Below are positions 1 to 11,829 of a stretch of 64,000 bases of DNA, piece by piece; within the stretch, counting starts at the first letter, position 1; each line of letters begins with the position of its first letter. The stretch covers positions 72,897-136,896 of the forward strand of contig CAVSCX010000021.1 of NCBI GenBank assembly GCA_963726615.1, in the 5' to 3' direction. The notes beneath the pieces were generated by a model. The model was not told the origin of the DNA. It saw nothing but the letters and a program-made list of their open reading frames with translations, and made no database searches. The stretch is from an uncultured Actinomycetota bacterium (GTDB taxonomy: Bacteria > Actinomycetota > Actinomycetes > JACCUZ01). A program made the position numbers and the translations under genes.

Positions 1-1
1 G

Positions 2-298
2 CACACCGAGCTCTTCTTCATCACCGGTGCTGATGCCCTGGCCCAGATCCTGACCTGGAAGGACGCGGACGAGCTGTTCGCCCTGGCCCATTTCATCGGG
101 GTGACGCGGCCGGGCCACCTGTTGTCCGGCGACGGGCTGCCGGCCGACCGGGTGAGCCTGCTCGAGGTCCCGGCGATGGCCATCTCCTCCAGCGACTGCC
201 GGGCCCGGGTCAGCAGGGGCGAGCCGGTGTGGTACCTCGTGCCCGACGGCGTGGTGCAGTACGTCGCGAAGCACCGTCTGTACCCGGTCACGCCATGA
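2..298 (+). CDS. nadD: nicotinate-nucleotide adenylyltransferase, C-terminal part (5' end outside window)
   Basis: The frame is open from the window edge. The translation [21 protein letters not shown]...GVTRPGH...ISSSDCR...[15 protein letters not shown] matches the C-terminal half of NadD. The stop TGA 296-298 overlaps the next start (ATGA). Confidence 0.85.
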   Translation, partial: HTELFFITGADALAQILTWKDADELFALAHFIGVTRPGHLLSGDGLPADRVSLLEVPAMAISSSDCRARVSRGEPVWYLVPDGVVQYVAKHRLYPVTP

Positions 299-1644
299 GC
301 AGCGGGAAGCACCGCCGGCCGCAGGCGGACCCCCTGACCGAGGTGCAGCCAGGCGGCCTGGCGCCCGGTCCGGTCGTGCAGGCCGACACCGAGCCGGTCC
401 AGGGCGCCGTGTCGACCGCGGCGCCGGGGCCCACCGTCGTGGTGCGTCAGGACCGCCGGGCCCAGCGCGCCGCGCGCCGCCAGGCCCGGCAGCGGCGGCT
501 GCTCGCGGTGGGCGGCGGGGCGCTGGCGGTGGTCCTGGTGCTGCTCGTCGTCTGGCTCCTGCTCCGCCCGGGGGGTACGGAGACCTCGACGGTGCCGCCA
601 CCGGTCGACACCCAGCGGGTGACCCTGGTCCAGGTGACCGGCACCGACGGCACGGCGGCCGCGTCGGCGATCGTCGGCACGACGCGGGGCGACGGCTCGG
701 CGGTCGTGGTGCTGGTCCCGTCCCGGCTCAGCGTCGACGTCGCGGGATCCGGCGACATGCCCTTCGGGGAGGCCACGACACTCGGCGACGCCTCGGCGCC
801 GGCCGACTCGCTCACCGACCTGCTGGGCCTGCGCGTCGAGGACTACTGGGCCCTGACCACCCCGGGGCTGGCCGCCCTGGTGGACGCGGTCGGCGGGGTC
901 CGGGCCGCCGTGGACGTGGACGTCGTCGAGACGGCGCCCAACGGCGACCAGTCGGTCGTGGTCAAGGCCGGGACCCAGGTGCTCAAGGGCCGGGCCGCCG
1001 CCGCCTACGCGACCTACCTCGCCGACACCGAGCCCGAGCAGGCGCGGCTGGCGCGCTTCGACGACGTCTTCACCGCGCTGCTGGCCAAGCTGCCCGCCGA
1101 CCCGACGGGCATCGGCGCGTTCCTCGCCGGCGCGGGTGCCGGGTCGACCTCGAACCTGGACCAGGCCGCCCTGGCTCGCCGCCTCGCGGCGATGCGCACG
1201 GCGGCGACCGGTGGGGACCTCGTCTCCGACGTGCTCCCGGTGAACGAGATCGACACCGGCGGGCCGGCCCTGTCCTACGGCATCAACGCCGGGGAGGCCG
1301 ACGCCATGCTGCGGGAGAAGTTCCCCGGCGCGTTGCAGTCGGACGCCGCGGGGGGGTCGGTGCGGGTGCTGGTCGAGAACGGCCTCGGCACGCCGGGACT
1401 TGTCGAGAAGGCCCGGGCCAAGCTCGTCGACGCCGGGTTCCGGTTCCTCAACGGCGGGAACGCCTCGTCCTTCAGTGACAAGCCCAGCACTGTCCTGGTC
1501 GCCGACGGCACCGACGAGAGCATCGCCGGCGGCCGCCGGGTGGCCGCCGCGCTCGGCCTGCCGGCCGACTCCGTCCTCCCCAACGCCCGCGGCCAGGACG
1601 TCGCCGACGTGATCGTGATCCTGGGCCCGGACTTCGCGCCGTGA
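295..1644 (+). CDS. LytR-CpsA-Psr (LCP)-like cell-envelope protein with C-terminal LytR_C domain
   Basis: ATG 295 overlaps the nadD stop. The protein has a basic N-tail, one TM helix ([22 protein letters not shown]) and an extracytoplasmic core. A clear LytR_C-type C-terminus is present ([29 protein letters not shown]...). The 229 start in the ORF track is an in-frame upstream extension. Confidence 0.7.
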   Translation: MSSGKHRRPQADPLTEVQPGGLAPGPVVQADTEPVQGAVSTAAPGPTVVVRQDRRAQRAARRQARQRRLLAVGGGALAVVLVLLVVWLLLRPGGTETSTVPPPVDTQRVTLVQVTGTDGTAAASAIVGTTRGDGSAVVVLVPSRLSVDVAGSGDMPFGEATTLGDASAPADSLTDLLGLRVEDYWALTTPGLAALVDAVGGVRAAVDVDVVETAPNGDQSVVVKAGTQVLKGRAAAAYATYLADTEPEQARLARFDDVFTALLAKLPADPTGIGAFLAGAGAGSTSNLDQAALARRLAAMRTAATGGDLVSDVLPVNEIDTGGPALSYGINAGEADAMLREKFPGALQSDAAGGSVRVLVENGLGTPGLVEKARAKLVDAGFRFLNGGNASSFSDKPSTVLVADGTDESIAGGRRVAAALGLPADSVLPNARGQDVADVIVILGPDFAP

Positions 1645-1678
1645 GGCCGGACCCGGCAATCGTGCGAAACTGGGCCCC

Positions 1679-2098
1679 GTGACCGTCTCGACCAGGGCCC
1701 GTGAGCTGGCGGTGGCTGCCGCCGAGGCGGCCGCTGACAAGCTCGCCGACGACATCCTCGCCTTCGACGTAGCCGAGCATCTCGTCCTCACCGACGTGTT
1801 CGTGCTGTGCTCCGCCTCCAACGACCGCCAGGTGCGCGCCGTGGTCGACGGCATCGAGGAGCGACTGCGGACGCTGGGCGCCAAGCCGGTCCGCCGCGAG
1901 GGGGAGCGGGAGGGTCGCTGGGTGCTGCTGGACTACGTCGACATCATCGTGCACGTCCAGCACGCCGAGGAGCGCGTCTACTACTCGCTCGAGCGCATCT
2001 GGAAGGACTGCCCGGCCGTGCAGCTGCCGGAGTCGGTCCGGCAGGCGCACGGCCGTCGTTCGCACCTCGACGGCGGGGTCGAAGGGGCCGCGTCCTGA
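1679..2098 (+). CDS. rsfS: ribosome silencing factor RsfS (iojap family)
   Basis: GTG start. DILAFDV...TDVFVLCSASNDRQVRAVVDGIEE...WVLLDYVDIIVHVQHAEERVYYSLERIW is the RsfS signature. The position downstream of nadD is conserved. Confidence 0.9.
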   Translation: MTVSTRARELAVAAAEAAADKLADDILAFDVAEHLVLTDVFVLCSASNDRQVRAVVDGIEERLRTLGAKPVRREGEREGRWVLLDYVDIIVHVQHAEERVYYSLERIWKDCPAVQLPESVRQAHGRRSHLDGGVEGAAS

Positions 2099-2745
2099 GC
2101 CGGAGCCGATCCGGACGGCGGGTCGTCCTCTGGCGGCACGGCCAGACCGCGTGGAACCTGGCCGAGCGCTTCCAGGGCAGCAGCGACGTCGAGCTCGACG
2201 ACACCGGTCTGGCGCAGGCCCGCCGCGCGGCGCGCCTGCTCAGGACGCTGTCGCCCGAGGCGATCGTGTCCTCCGACCTCGTCCGGGCCGCCGCCACCGC
2301 CGACACGCTGGCCGGGCTGTGCGGGCTCGAGGTGCGGCTGGACGGACGGCTGCGCGAGACGTACGGCGGTCGCTGGCAGGGCCGCACCGCCACCGAGCTC
2401 GCCGCCGAGGACCATGACCGGTACCTGGCCTGGCGGGCCGGCGAGGACGTCCCGGCGGGCGGTGGTGAGCGCCGCACCGAGGTGGCCGCCCGTGTCGTCC
2501 CGGCGATCAGCGACGCCCTGGCCGACGTGAGTCCCCTGGGGACGCTTGTCGTCGTCACCCACGGCGGGTCGGCCCGGGCGGCGATCGGCACCATGCTGGA
2601 CCTGCCGCTCGACCGGTGGGCCGTGGTGGGCGGGCTGGCGAACTGCAGCTGGTCGGTGCTCGAAGAGGCCCCGCCCAGCGGCTGGCGGCTGGTCGAGCAC
2701 AATGCCGGCAGCCTGCCCGAGCCGGTGATGGGCGACGAGGAGTAG
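2095..2745 (+). CDS. histidine phosphatase family protein (PGM/CobC-like; GpgP-like by position)
   Basis: An RHG catalytic motif (VVLWRHGQTAWN) and a later VVVTHGG motif are present. It occupies the same position after rsfS as gpgP in M. tuberculosis (from memory). There is no ATG/GTG/TTG between GTG 1807 and the RHG motif, so the start is provisionally CTG 2095 (CTGA overlap with the rsfS stop). Confidence 0.75.
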   Translation: MSRSRSGRRVVLWRHGQTAWNLAERFQGSSDVELDDTGLAQARRAARLLRTLSPEAIVSSDLVRAAATADTLAGLCGLEVRLDGRLRETYGGRWQGRTATELAAEDHDRYLAWRAGEDVPAGGGERRTEVAARVVPAISDALADVSPLGTLVVVTHGGSARAAIGTMLDLPLDRWAVVGGLANCSWSVLEEAPPSGWRLVEHNAGSLPEPVMGDEE

Positions 2746-2852
2746 GTGGTGCGGAGCCGCCGCCGGGGCGATTCGTGCCGCGGGGGGCGACCCGTTAGAC
2801 TGGCTCGGCCGCGCGAGCGGCACCGCTCGACCGAGCACGACAGCACGTCTCC

Positions 2853-2925
2853 GGGGCTGTGGCGCAGCTGGTAGCGCACCACACTGGCAGTGTGGGGGTC
2901 AGGGGTTCGAGTCCCCTCAGCTCCA
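2853..2925 (+). tRNA. tRNA-Ala (anticodon GGC)
   Basis: A 73-nt cloverleaf was read by hand. The acceptor is GGGGCTG/CAGCTCC with the G3:U70 Ala identity pair. The D arm is GCGC-AGCTGGTA-GCGC. The anticodon stem is CCACA/TGTGG with loop CTGGCAG. The T arm is AGGGG-TTCGAGT-CCCCT. The discriminator is A and CCA is not encoded. Confidence 0.93.
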
Positions 2926-2939
2926 CCCCGTCTGACCGG

Positions 2940-2973
2940 CCGTCTCCCGCCCGCGGGGGGCGGCCGGAGACGG
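2940..2973. terminator. GC-rich hairpin between tRNA-Ala (+) and the Flp-like gene (-)
   Basis: CCGTCTCC (2940-2947) pairs with GGAGACGG (2966-2973), and an inner CGCCC/GGGCG pairing is also possible. It lies in the 64-nt convergent gap. There is no clear U-tract. Confidence 0.45.
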
Positions 2974-2989
2974 TTCGACGGCCCGTTCG

Positions 2990-3319
2990 TCAGGCCGGAC
3001 GCCAGCGGTGGACGCGAGAGCTCTGACCCTGCTTGCACTGGACCAGCGTGCCGTCCGCGGTGTGCGCGTAGGCGCCGTGCTCGCGGCACGGCCGGCCGGC
3101 GCGGACAGTCGTGTCCAGGGTCGGCGCGGGGGCGCCCAGCGCCTGGGGGGGTGGGCCGCCGGCCGACGGGGCCGAGCCGCCGAAGGCGTCGGACACGGAC
3201 CCGATCGTCTGAGCGCTGACAAGGCCCAGCGCCGAGGCGACGAAGACGATCATCACGGCCACGGCGGCGAGCAGCACGCCGTACTCCGCGGCTGCGGCAC
3301 CGGACTCCCGTTCCCCCAC
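2990..3319 (-). CDS. Flp/Fap-type (type IVb) pilin-like protein with long C-terminal extension
   Basis: GTG start. The N-terminus MGERESG/AAAAEYGVLLAAVAVMIVFV fits the Flp prepilin motif G/XXXXEY followed by a hydrophobic helix. Codon position 3 is about 90% G/C in this frame, which supports coding. At 109 aa it is longer than the usual roughly 60 aa, with a Pro/Ala-rich linker and a CREHGAYAHTADGTLVQC tail. Confidence 0.65.
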   Translation of the reverse strand: MGERESGAAAAEYGVLLAAVAVMIVFVASALGLVSAQTIGSVSDAFGGSAPSAGGPPPQALGAPAPTLDTTVRAGRPCREHGAYAHTADGTLVQCKQGQSSRVHRWRPA

Positions 3320-3458
3320 GCGCTCAGCCTAGGCAGCCGGTACCGTCGCGTCCCCGGAATCCCGTAAGGATCTCCGCGGCTCCGGAACCCCCGGGCGCGG
3401 GTGTGCCCAGCCGTGCCGTCACGGCACGCGACGGCTCCGTCACGCGCGCCGGGAGGCC

Positions 3459-4643
3459 GTGCTCCATCCGGGCAAGGCCCTGCCCGGCGCGGGTCGCCGG
3501 CTCTACGGTGTCAAGGTGGCGAGCGGAGGGGTCGAGAGAGTCGGAGTGTCGCTGACGCCCGAGGAGACGTACGACGCGGCGGTCACGGCTGCCCTGCCGC
3601 GCCTGGCCGCTGGCCTCGCGCTGCTCGTCGCAGTGTCCGGCGGCCTCCAGCTCGCCCTGCTCGAGGGGACCCCGAGCGTGGTCCTCTCAGGCACGTACGC
3701 GGCCGCGGCCGGGCTGCTCGGTGGGATCGCCCTCGCCGCTCGCCGGTACCGGCTCCCCGGTCAGCTCGGCCACGCCGCCACCTCGGGGCTGCTCCTGACG
3801 GCTGCGGGCTGTGCGGTCCTGACGATGGTCCTCGCCGAGCAGCCCCGCCAGACCGGCACCGTGATGCTTGTTGTTGCCGGCGCGGGTGCCGCGCTCCTGT
3901 CGCTCCGCTGGCTGGCGGCGACCCTGTACCTCGCCTGGGGCGCCTGGGCGGTCGGGGCCTTCCTCGTCGGCTCCTCGCCGGCGTGGCCGCAGTTCGCGCT
4001 CGGCATGGGCATCGCGACGCTGCTGTCACTGGTGGTCAACCACCTGCGTCGGGCGGACATCGGCGAGCTCGCCGCCGCCCGCGCCGCGGTCGACGGCGCG
4101 GCCGTGCGCGACCACCTCACCGGCCTTGCCAACCGCCGCGGCCTCGCCATGGTGGGTGGGCAGATGGTCGAGCAGGCCCGGCGGCAGGGTGACGCCGTCC
4201 ACTGCATCTTCGTCGACATCGACGGTCTCAAGCGGGTCAACGAGACGCTGGGGCACGACGTCGGCGACGGGGTGATCGTCGCCGTCGCGGAGGCACTGCG
4301 CGACGCCACCCGCGCCACCGACGTGGTGGCCCGCTGGGGCGGCGACGAGTTCTGCGTGGTGGGCCCTGGACCGGGCATGGCCCCGCTCGAGCTCGAGCGC
4401 CGGGTGCGTGACGGAGTCGTGCTCACCGACGACGTGCCCGCCGAGGTCTGGCCGGTGCGGGTCAGCGCCGGTGGGTCGATGCTCGCACCGTGGGACTCGG
4501 GGACCCTGGAGACCCTGCTGGGCAAGGCCGACCAGGAGATGTACCTCCGCCGGTCCCTGCGCAAGGAGGCCGGCGGTCTCCCGCAGCGGCGTTCGGTCGT
4601 CGACACGCCACCCGCGGGGTCGCCGCCCGCCGCCTCCGACTGA
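3459..4643 (+). CDS. membrane-anchored diguanylate cyclase (GGDEF domain)
   Basis: About 6 hydrophobic helices precede a GGDEF domain: LTGLANRRG...FVDIDGLKRVNETLGHDVGDGVI...RATDVVARWGGDEFCVV. The active-site GGDEF is intact and an RxxD I-site lies 5 residues upstream. The start is uncertain (GTG 3459; alternatives GTG 3516 and 3546). Confidence 0.85.
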   Translation: MLHPGKALPGAGRRLYGVKVASGGVERVGVSLTPEETYDAAVTAALPRLAAGLALLVAVSGGLQLALLEGTPSVVLSGTYAAAAGLLGGIALAARRYRLPGQLGHAATSGLLLTAAGCAVLTMVLAEQPRQTGTVMLVVAGAGAALLSLRWLAATLYLAWGAWAVGAFLVGSSPAWPQFALGMGIATLLSLVVNHLRRADIGELAAARAAVDGAAVRDHLTGLANRRGLAMVGGQMVEQARRQGDAVHCIFVDIDGLKRVNETLGHDVGDGVIVAVAEALRDATRATDVVARWGGDEFCVVGPGPGMAPLELERRVRDGVVLTDDVPAEVWPVRVSAGGSMLAPWDSGTLETLLGKADQEMYLRRSLRKEAGGLPQRRSVVDTPPAGSPPAASD

Positions 4644-4700
4644 CTCTCGCCCGGTCCGCTAGGCTGCGTCCCGTGCGGTACGGACTGCTCCTTACCGGGC

Positions 4701-4727
4701 CGCGCTGACCAGGACCACGTCAGCGCG
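4701..4727 (+). other. perfect 9-bp stem hairpin (CGCGCTGAC-N9-GTCAGCGCG)
   Basis: Read directly from the sequence. It sits immediately upstream of the terminator-like hairpin at 4731-4756, in the GGDEF-leuS spacer. Confidence 0.5.
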
Positions 4728-4730
4728 GCA

Positions 4731-4756
4731 GCCCCTCCACGTCGAGGGGCTTTTCC
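4731..4756 (+). terminator. rho-independent terminator candidate downstream of the GGDEF gene
   Basis: GCCCCTC-CACGTC-GAGGGGC is followed by TTTTCC. Confidence 0.6.
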
Positions 4757-4796
4757 ATGTCCGGAACCCGTCCACGACCCGAAGAGGCGCCACGAG

Positions 4797-7664
<2,868 letters not shown>

Positions 7665-7687
7665 CGTCGATCGGTAGCCTCACGCGC

Positions 7688-8539
7688 ATGTCCGAGCAGG
7701 CGCGGGTCGCGGTCGTGACCGACTCGACGGCGTACCTACCGGCCGACCTGGTCGCGCAGTGCGGGGTCGACGTCGTCCCGCTGCAGGTCGTCATCGGCGG
7801 GACGGCGTACGACGAGGTGTCGCAGGCCTCGTCCGGCACGGTCGCGGACGCCCTGCGGCGGTGGCAGCCCGTGACGACGTCGCGCCCAGGGCCGGCGGCG
7901 TTCGCGGCGGCGTACCAGCGTGCCGCCGACAGCGGCTGCGACGCCGTCGTCTCGGTGCACCTCTCGTCGCAGATGTCCGGAACGGTGGAGTCGGCCCGGC
8001 TCGCGGCGAAGGAGGCAGTGCTGCCTGTCGAGGTCGTCGACTCCGGGACCTTGGGCATGGCGCTGGGCTTCGCCGTCCTCTCCGCGTCGGCTGCTGCCGT
8101 GCGGGGCCTCCCCGTCGACGAGGTCGCCGAGGCGGCGAGGAGACGGGCGGCCGCGTCGCGCGCCGTGTTCTACGTGGACACGCTCGAGCACCTCCGGCGA
8201 GGCGGCCGGATCGGAGCTGCCGCCGCGTTCGTCGGGTCGGCCCTCGCGGTGAAGCCCCTCCTGCAGATGGTGGACGGGCACATCGAGCCGCTGGAGAAGG
8301 TGCGCACGGCCGCCAGGGCGATCGCGCGGCTGGAGGAGGTCGCCGTGGCCGCTGCCTTCGGTCGGCGCGTCGACGCCGCGGTGCACCACCTGGCCAGCCA
8401 GGACCGGGCCGATGCGCTGGCCGACCGGCTGCGCGAGCGGCTGCGCGGCCTCGACCGTCTGGTCGTCAGCGAGGTCGGCGCCGTCGTGGGGGCGCACGTG
8501 GGTCCCGGCATGCTCGCCGTGGTGGTGGCGCCGCACTGA
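7688..8539 (+). CDS. DegV family (fatty-acid-binding) protein
   Basis: MSEQARVAVVTDSTAYLPADL...VVPLQVVIGG... is typical of DegV. It is the 3' part of the 1260-aa track ORF (4757-8539), whose upstream part is an out-of-frame shadow of leuS. Confidence 0.85.
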   Translation: MSEQARVAVVTDSTAYLPADLVAQCGVDVVPLQVVIGGTAYDEVSQASSGTVADALRRWQPVTTSRPGPAAFAAAYQRAADSGCDAVVSVHLSSQMSGTVESARLAAKEAVLPVEVVDSGTLGMALGFAVLSASAAAVRGLPVDEVAEAARRRAAASRAVFYVDTLEHLRRGGRIGAAAAFVGSALAVKPLLQMVDGHIEPLEKVRTAARAIARLEEVAVAAAFGRRVDAAVHHLASQDRADALADRLRERLRGLDRLVVSEVGAVVGAHVGPGMLAVVVAPH

Positions 8540-8572
8540 CCGACCCCGCCCGAGCGGTCGTCCACAGCCCGG

Positions 8573-9463
8573 GTGCCGTCCACCGATCCGTCGTGGGCAC
8601 CGGTCCGGCGGGCGGGGCGCCCTAGCGTCGGCCGGGTGAGCTCTCGACCTGCGCGGCACCGCCGCACCGACCAGGCCTCGCTCGCCGGGGAGCGGCTGCT
8701 GGCACGTCTCGGGGCCATCCCCGAGGCGGCCGGGACCGAGCCGGACGCCCCCGGCTGGGTCCCCGAGCGGCCGCCCGGTCCCGTGCCTGGCGCCACGGGG
8801 GGCGTGCGGTGGGCGCCCTCCCGTCGGGCGCTGGCAGGTCTCGCGCTCGTTGTCGTCGGGGCAGTGCTGGTCGCCGTCGTCATCGTCTGGCAGGCACGCC
8901 CGACGGCGCAGGCGGCACCCCGTGTCCACCGGGTGCCGACCGCGTCCGTCGCCGTGTCGGGCACGGCGCTCGACGGGCCGTCCGCAGCCCGGACCTCGCC
9001 GTCGCCGGCCGAGGTCACCGAGGTGGTCGTCCACGTCGTGGGCGCCGTCCGGCGCCCCGGTCTGGTCCGGCTGCCTGGTGGGGCCAGGGTCGCTGACGCG
9101 GTGCGCGCGGCCGGCGGTGCCACCGCAGCCGCCCGGCCGGCGAGCGTCAACCTGGCGCGGGTCCTCGTCGACGGCGAGCAGCTCGTCGTCCAGCGCCGGG
9201 GCGGACCGCCTGTGGTCGGCGCGGCGGCGGCCGCAGCACCGGCGACCACGCCGGGCGGCGCCGGTCCGGCCGTCCCGGTCGACCTGAACACCGCCACCGT
9301 CGAGGCGCTGGACTCGCTGCCCGGCATCGGGCCGGTCCTGGCCCAGCGGGTGCTCGAGTGGCGCGCCGCGCACGGCAGCTTCGCCACGGTCGAGGAGCTC
9401 GGCGAGGTGTCCGGGATCGGCGAGGCCACCTTGTCCGACCTGCGCCCCCTCGTCACCGTGTGA
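8573..9463 (+). CDS. comEA: ComEA-like DNA-binding competence protein (SLBB + helix-hairpin-helix)
   Basis: It has a TM segment, an SLBB-like region (VVHVVGAVRRPGLVRLPGGARVADAV) and a C-terminal HhH region (VDLNTATVEALDSLPGIGPVLAQRVLEWRAAHGSFATVEEL). An alternative GTG start is at 8636. Confidence 0.85.
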   Translation: MPSTDPSWAPVRRAGRPSVGRVSSRPARHRRTDQASLAGERLLARLGAIPEAAGTEPDAPGWVPERPPGPVPGATGGVRWAPSRRALAGLALVVVGAVLVAVVIVWQARPTAQAAPRVHRVPTASVAVSGTALDGPSAARTSPSPAEVTEVVVHVVGAVRRPGLVRLPGGARVADAVRAAGGATAAARPASVNLARVLVDGEQLVVQRRGGPPVVGAAAAAAPATTPGGAGPAVPVDLNTATVEALDSLPGIGPVLAQRVLEWRAAHGSFATVEELGEVSGIGEATLSDLRPLVTV

Positions 9464-11829
9464 GCACCGTCGGTGGACGGGAGACCTCGCGCTCCGACGC
9501 TCGGCTCGCCGTGCCGGCACTGTCTGTCTGGGCCGGCACGTTCGCCGGCACCGGGGGCCACCCGGTCCTGGTGTCCGGACTACTTGCCGTCCTGACGGTG
9601 GCAGCACTGGCGCTCACAGCCGTCGCGGCGGGGCGCGCGCGCCTGCGTCTGCCGGCCGTCGCGCCGGTGGACGCGCCCGGCGTTCGGGTGGCGGTCGGAG
9701 CGCTGGCCTGCCTCGTCGGCGGCGCCGGCGTCGCGGCCCTGCACGTCGCCGCCGTCCGGAGCAGCGGACTCGCGCCGCTCGCCGCGGACGGCGCGACGGC
9801 GCTGGTGTCCGGCGTGGTCGCCGGTGACCCTGTTGTGCACCGCGGCGGCACCCGAGGGGACCACCGCACCGGTGAGCTGGTGGCCGTGCCGGTGCGGGTC
9901 ACCAGGGTCGAGTCCCGCGGACGGCTGCTCCGCACCCGGGCCCAGGTGCTGATGCTGGCCCGGGACCGGCGCTGGGCCAGGCTGCTCCCGGGCCAGCCGG
10001 TGCGGGCGGGCGGCCGGCTGGGGCCGGCCCGGGCCGGCGGGCGCGTGGCGGCGGTGGTCCTGGTGCGTGGCCCGCCGACGCTGGACGGCCGGCCGTCGGC
10101 GGTGCAGCGGGTGGCCGGCAGGCTGCGGGCCGGACTGCGCGACGCGTCCGCCGGCCTCGCGCCGGACCCGCGGGGTCTGCTGCCTGGGCTCGTCGTGGGT
10201 GACACGTCGCAGGTTCCGGCCGCGCTGGACGCCGACCTACGGACGGCCGGCCTGACCCACCTCGTCGCCGTCTCCGGTGCCAACCTGGCCATCGTCGCCT
10301 CCTTCGTGCTGTTCGCCGGCCGGTGGGCCGGCCTGCGTGGCCGGCTGCTGCCCCTGGCGGCCGGCCTCTCGATCGCGGCGTTCGTGGTCCTGGCGCGGCC
10401 GCAGCCGTCGGTGCTGCGAGCGGCAGTGATGGGGACCGTCGGCCTGGTGGCGCTCGCCACCGGCAGGAGCCGGCGCAGCCTTGCCGCGCTCGGTGCGGCC
10501 GTCCTCCTGCTGCTGCTGGCGGACCCGTGGCTGGCCCGGTCCTACGGCTTCGTGCTCTCGGCGCTCGCGACCGCCGGGCTGGTGCTGCTGGCCCCCGGCT
10601 GGGCGGCCTCGTGGCGCAGCCGGGGGTTGCCCCGGCCGCTGGCCGAGGCGCTGGCTGTCGCCCTGGCCGCCCAGCTGCTCTGTGCCCCGGTCGTCGTGCT
10701 GCTCAGCAGCCAGGTCAGCGTCGTCGCCGTCCCCGCGAACCTGCTCGCTGCGCCCGCGGTGGCCCCCGCGACCCTCCTCGGCGTCCTCGTCACCGCTGTG
10801 GCCCCCGTCGACGGTCCGGCTGCGGCACTGCTGGCCCGGGTCGCCGAGCTGCCTGTGGCCTGGATCGCCACGGTGGCGCACCACGCGGCTGCCCTGCCGG
10901 ACGCCTCGTTCGCCTGGCCCGGCTCGACCCGCGGGGCCCTGCTGCTGGCCGCCCTGACCGCGGCGGCGGTGCTGGCCGGCCGGCTGGTCGGGCGCCGGCC
11001 CGGCATCGCCGCCGGGGCGGCGGCAATGATCGCCGTGGCCCTCGTGGTCCCCGCGCTGGCGCCGGGCTGGCCGCCACGGGGCTGGGTGCTGGCGGTCTGC
11101 GACGTCGGGCAGGGGGACGCGCTGGTCCTGGCCGCCGGCGCCGGGACGGGGGTGGTGGTCGACGCCGGGCCGGACCCGGGCGCCGTCGACCGCTGCCTGC
11201 GCAGCCTGGGCGTGCAGCGGGTGCCGATGGTGCTGCTGACCCACCTGCACGCGGACCATGTCGAGGGCCTGCCCGGGGTGCTGCGGGGGCGCGCGGTGGG
11301 GGAGCTTGCGGTGGGCGGCTACGCCGAGCCCGCCGACGAGCTGGCGCGGGTCCGTCGCTGGGCCGGGCTGGCACGGGTGCCGGTGACGACGGTGCGGCTG
11401 GGACAGCGGATGGCGGTCGGGCCGCTCGCCTGGCGGGTCCTGTGGCCGGCCCGGGTGATCGACCAGGGCTCGGTCCCCAACAACGCCAGCCTGGTGCTGC
11501 TGGTCCGCAGCCACGGCCTGCGCCTCCTGCTGACCGGTGACGTCGAGCCGCCGGCCCAGGCAGCGCTGCTGGCCCGGGCCCCGCTGGAGCCTGTCGACGT
11601 GCTCAAGGTGGCCCATCACGGCTCGGCCTACCAGGACCCGGCCCTGCTGGCGGCTGCGCGACCGCGGCTGGCGGTCATCAGCGTCGGCGCGGACAACGAC
11701 TACGGTCACCCGGCCCCGTCGACGGTGCGGGCCCTGCGTCGCAGCGGGGCCCTGGTCGGCCGCACCGACCGCGGCGGCACGCTGCTCGTCGTGGGGGACC
11801 GCGGGCACCTCCGCCTGGTCCGTCGGTGA
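9460..11829 (+). CDS. comEC: ComEC/Rec2 DNA internalisation channel protein with metallo-beta-lactamase domain
   Basis: GTG 9460 overlaps the comEA stop (GTGA). It has a polytopic competence domain and a C-terminal MBL motif (LLTHLHADHVEG). The track ORF start at 9358 is an upstream extension. Confidence 0.88.
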   Translation: MSTVGGRETSRSDARLAVPALSVWAGTFAGTGGHPVLVSGLLAVLTVAALALTAVAAGRARLRLPAVAPVDAPGVRVAVGALACLVGGAGVAALHVAAVRSSGLAPLAADGATALVSGVVAGDPVVHRGGTRGDHRTGELVAVPVRVTRVESRGRLLRTRAQVLMLARDRRWARLLPGQPVRAGGRLGPARAGGRVAAVVLVRGPPTLDGRPSAVQRVAGRLRAGLRDASAGLAPDPRGLLPGLVVGDTSQVPAALDADLRTAGLTHLVAVSGANLAIVASFVLFAGRWAGLRGRLLPLAAGLSIAAFVVLARPQPSVLRAAVMGTVGLVALATGRSRRSLAALGAAVLLLLLADPWLARSYGFVLSALATAGLVLLAPGWAASWRSRGLPRPLAEALAVALAAQLLCAPVVVLLSSQVSVVAVPANLLAAPAVAPATLLGVLVTAVAPVDGPAAALLARVAELPVAWIATVAHHAAALPDASFAWPGSTRGALLLAALTAAAVLAGRLVGRRPGIAAGAAAMIAVALVVPALAPGWPPRGWVLAVCDVGQGDALVLAAGAGTGVVVDAGPDPGAVDRCLRSLGVQRVPMVLLTHLHADHVEGLPGVLRGRAVGELAVGGYAEPADELARVRRWAGLARVPVTTVRLGQRMAVGPLAWRVLWPARVIDQGSVPNNASLVLLVRSHGLRLLLTGDVEPPAQAALLARAPLEPVDVLKVAHHGSAYQDPALLAAARPRLAVISVGADNDYGHPAPSTVRALRRSGALVGRTDRGGTLLVVGDRGHLRLVRR

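Noticed and set aside
1807-2094. GTG 1807 as the start of the histidine phosphatase gene
   Set aside because: It would add about 96 Arg/Gly/Pro-rich residues fully overlapping rsfS in another frame and would place the RHG motif about 100 residues from the N-terminus. It is kept only as the alternative in the CTG-start finding.
2853-4643. Genomic island integrated at tRNA-Ala
   Set aside because: I could find no integrase, no mobility genes and no direct repeat of the tRNA 3' end before leuS. The composition looks native. Only the gene content (Flp-like plus GGDEF) is unusual.
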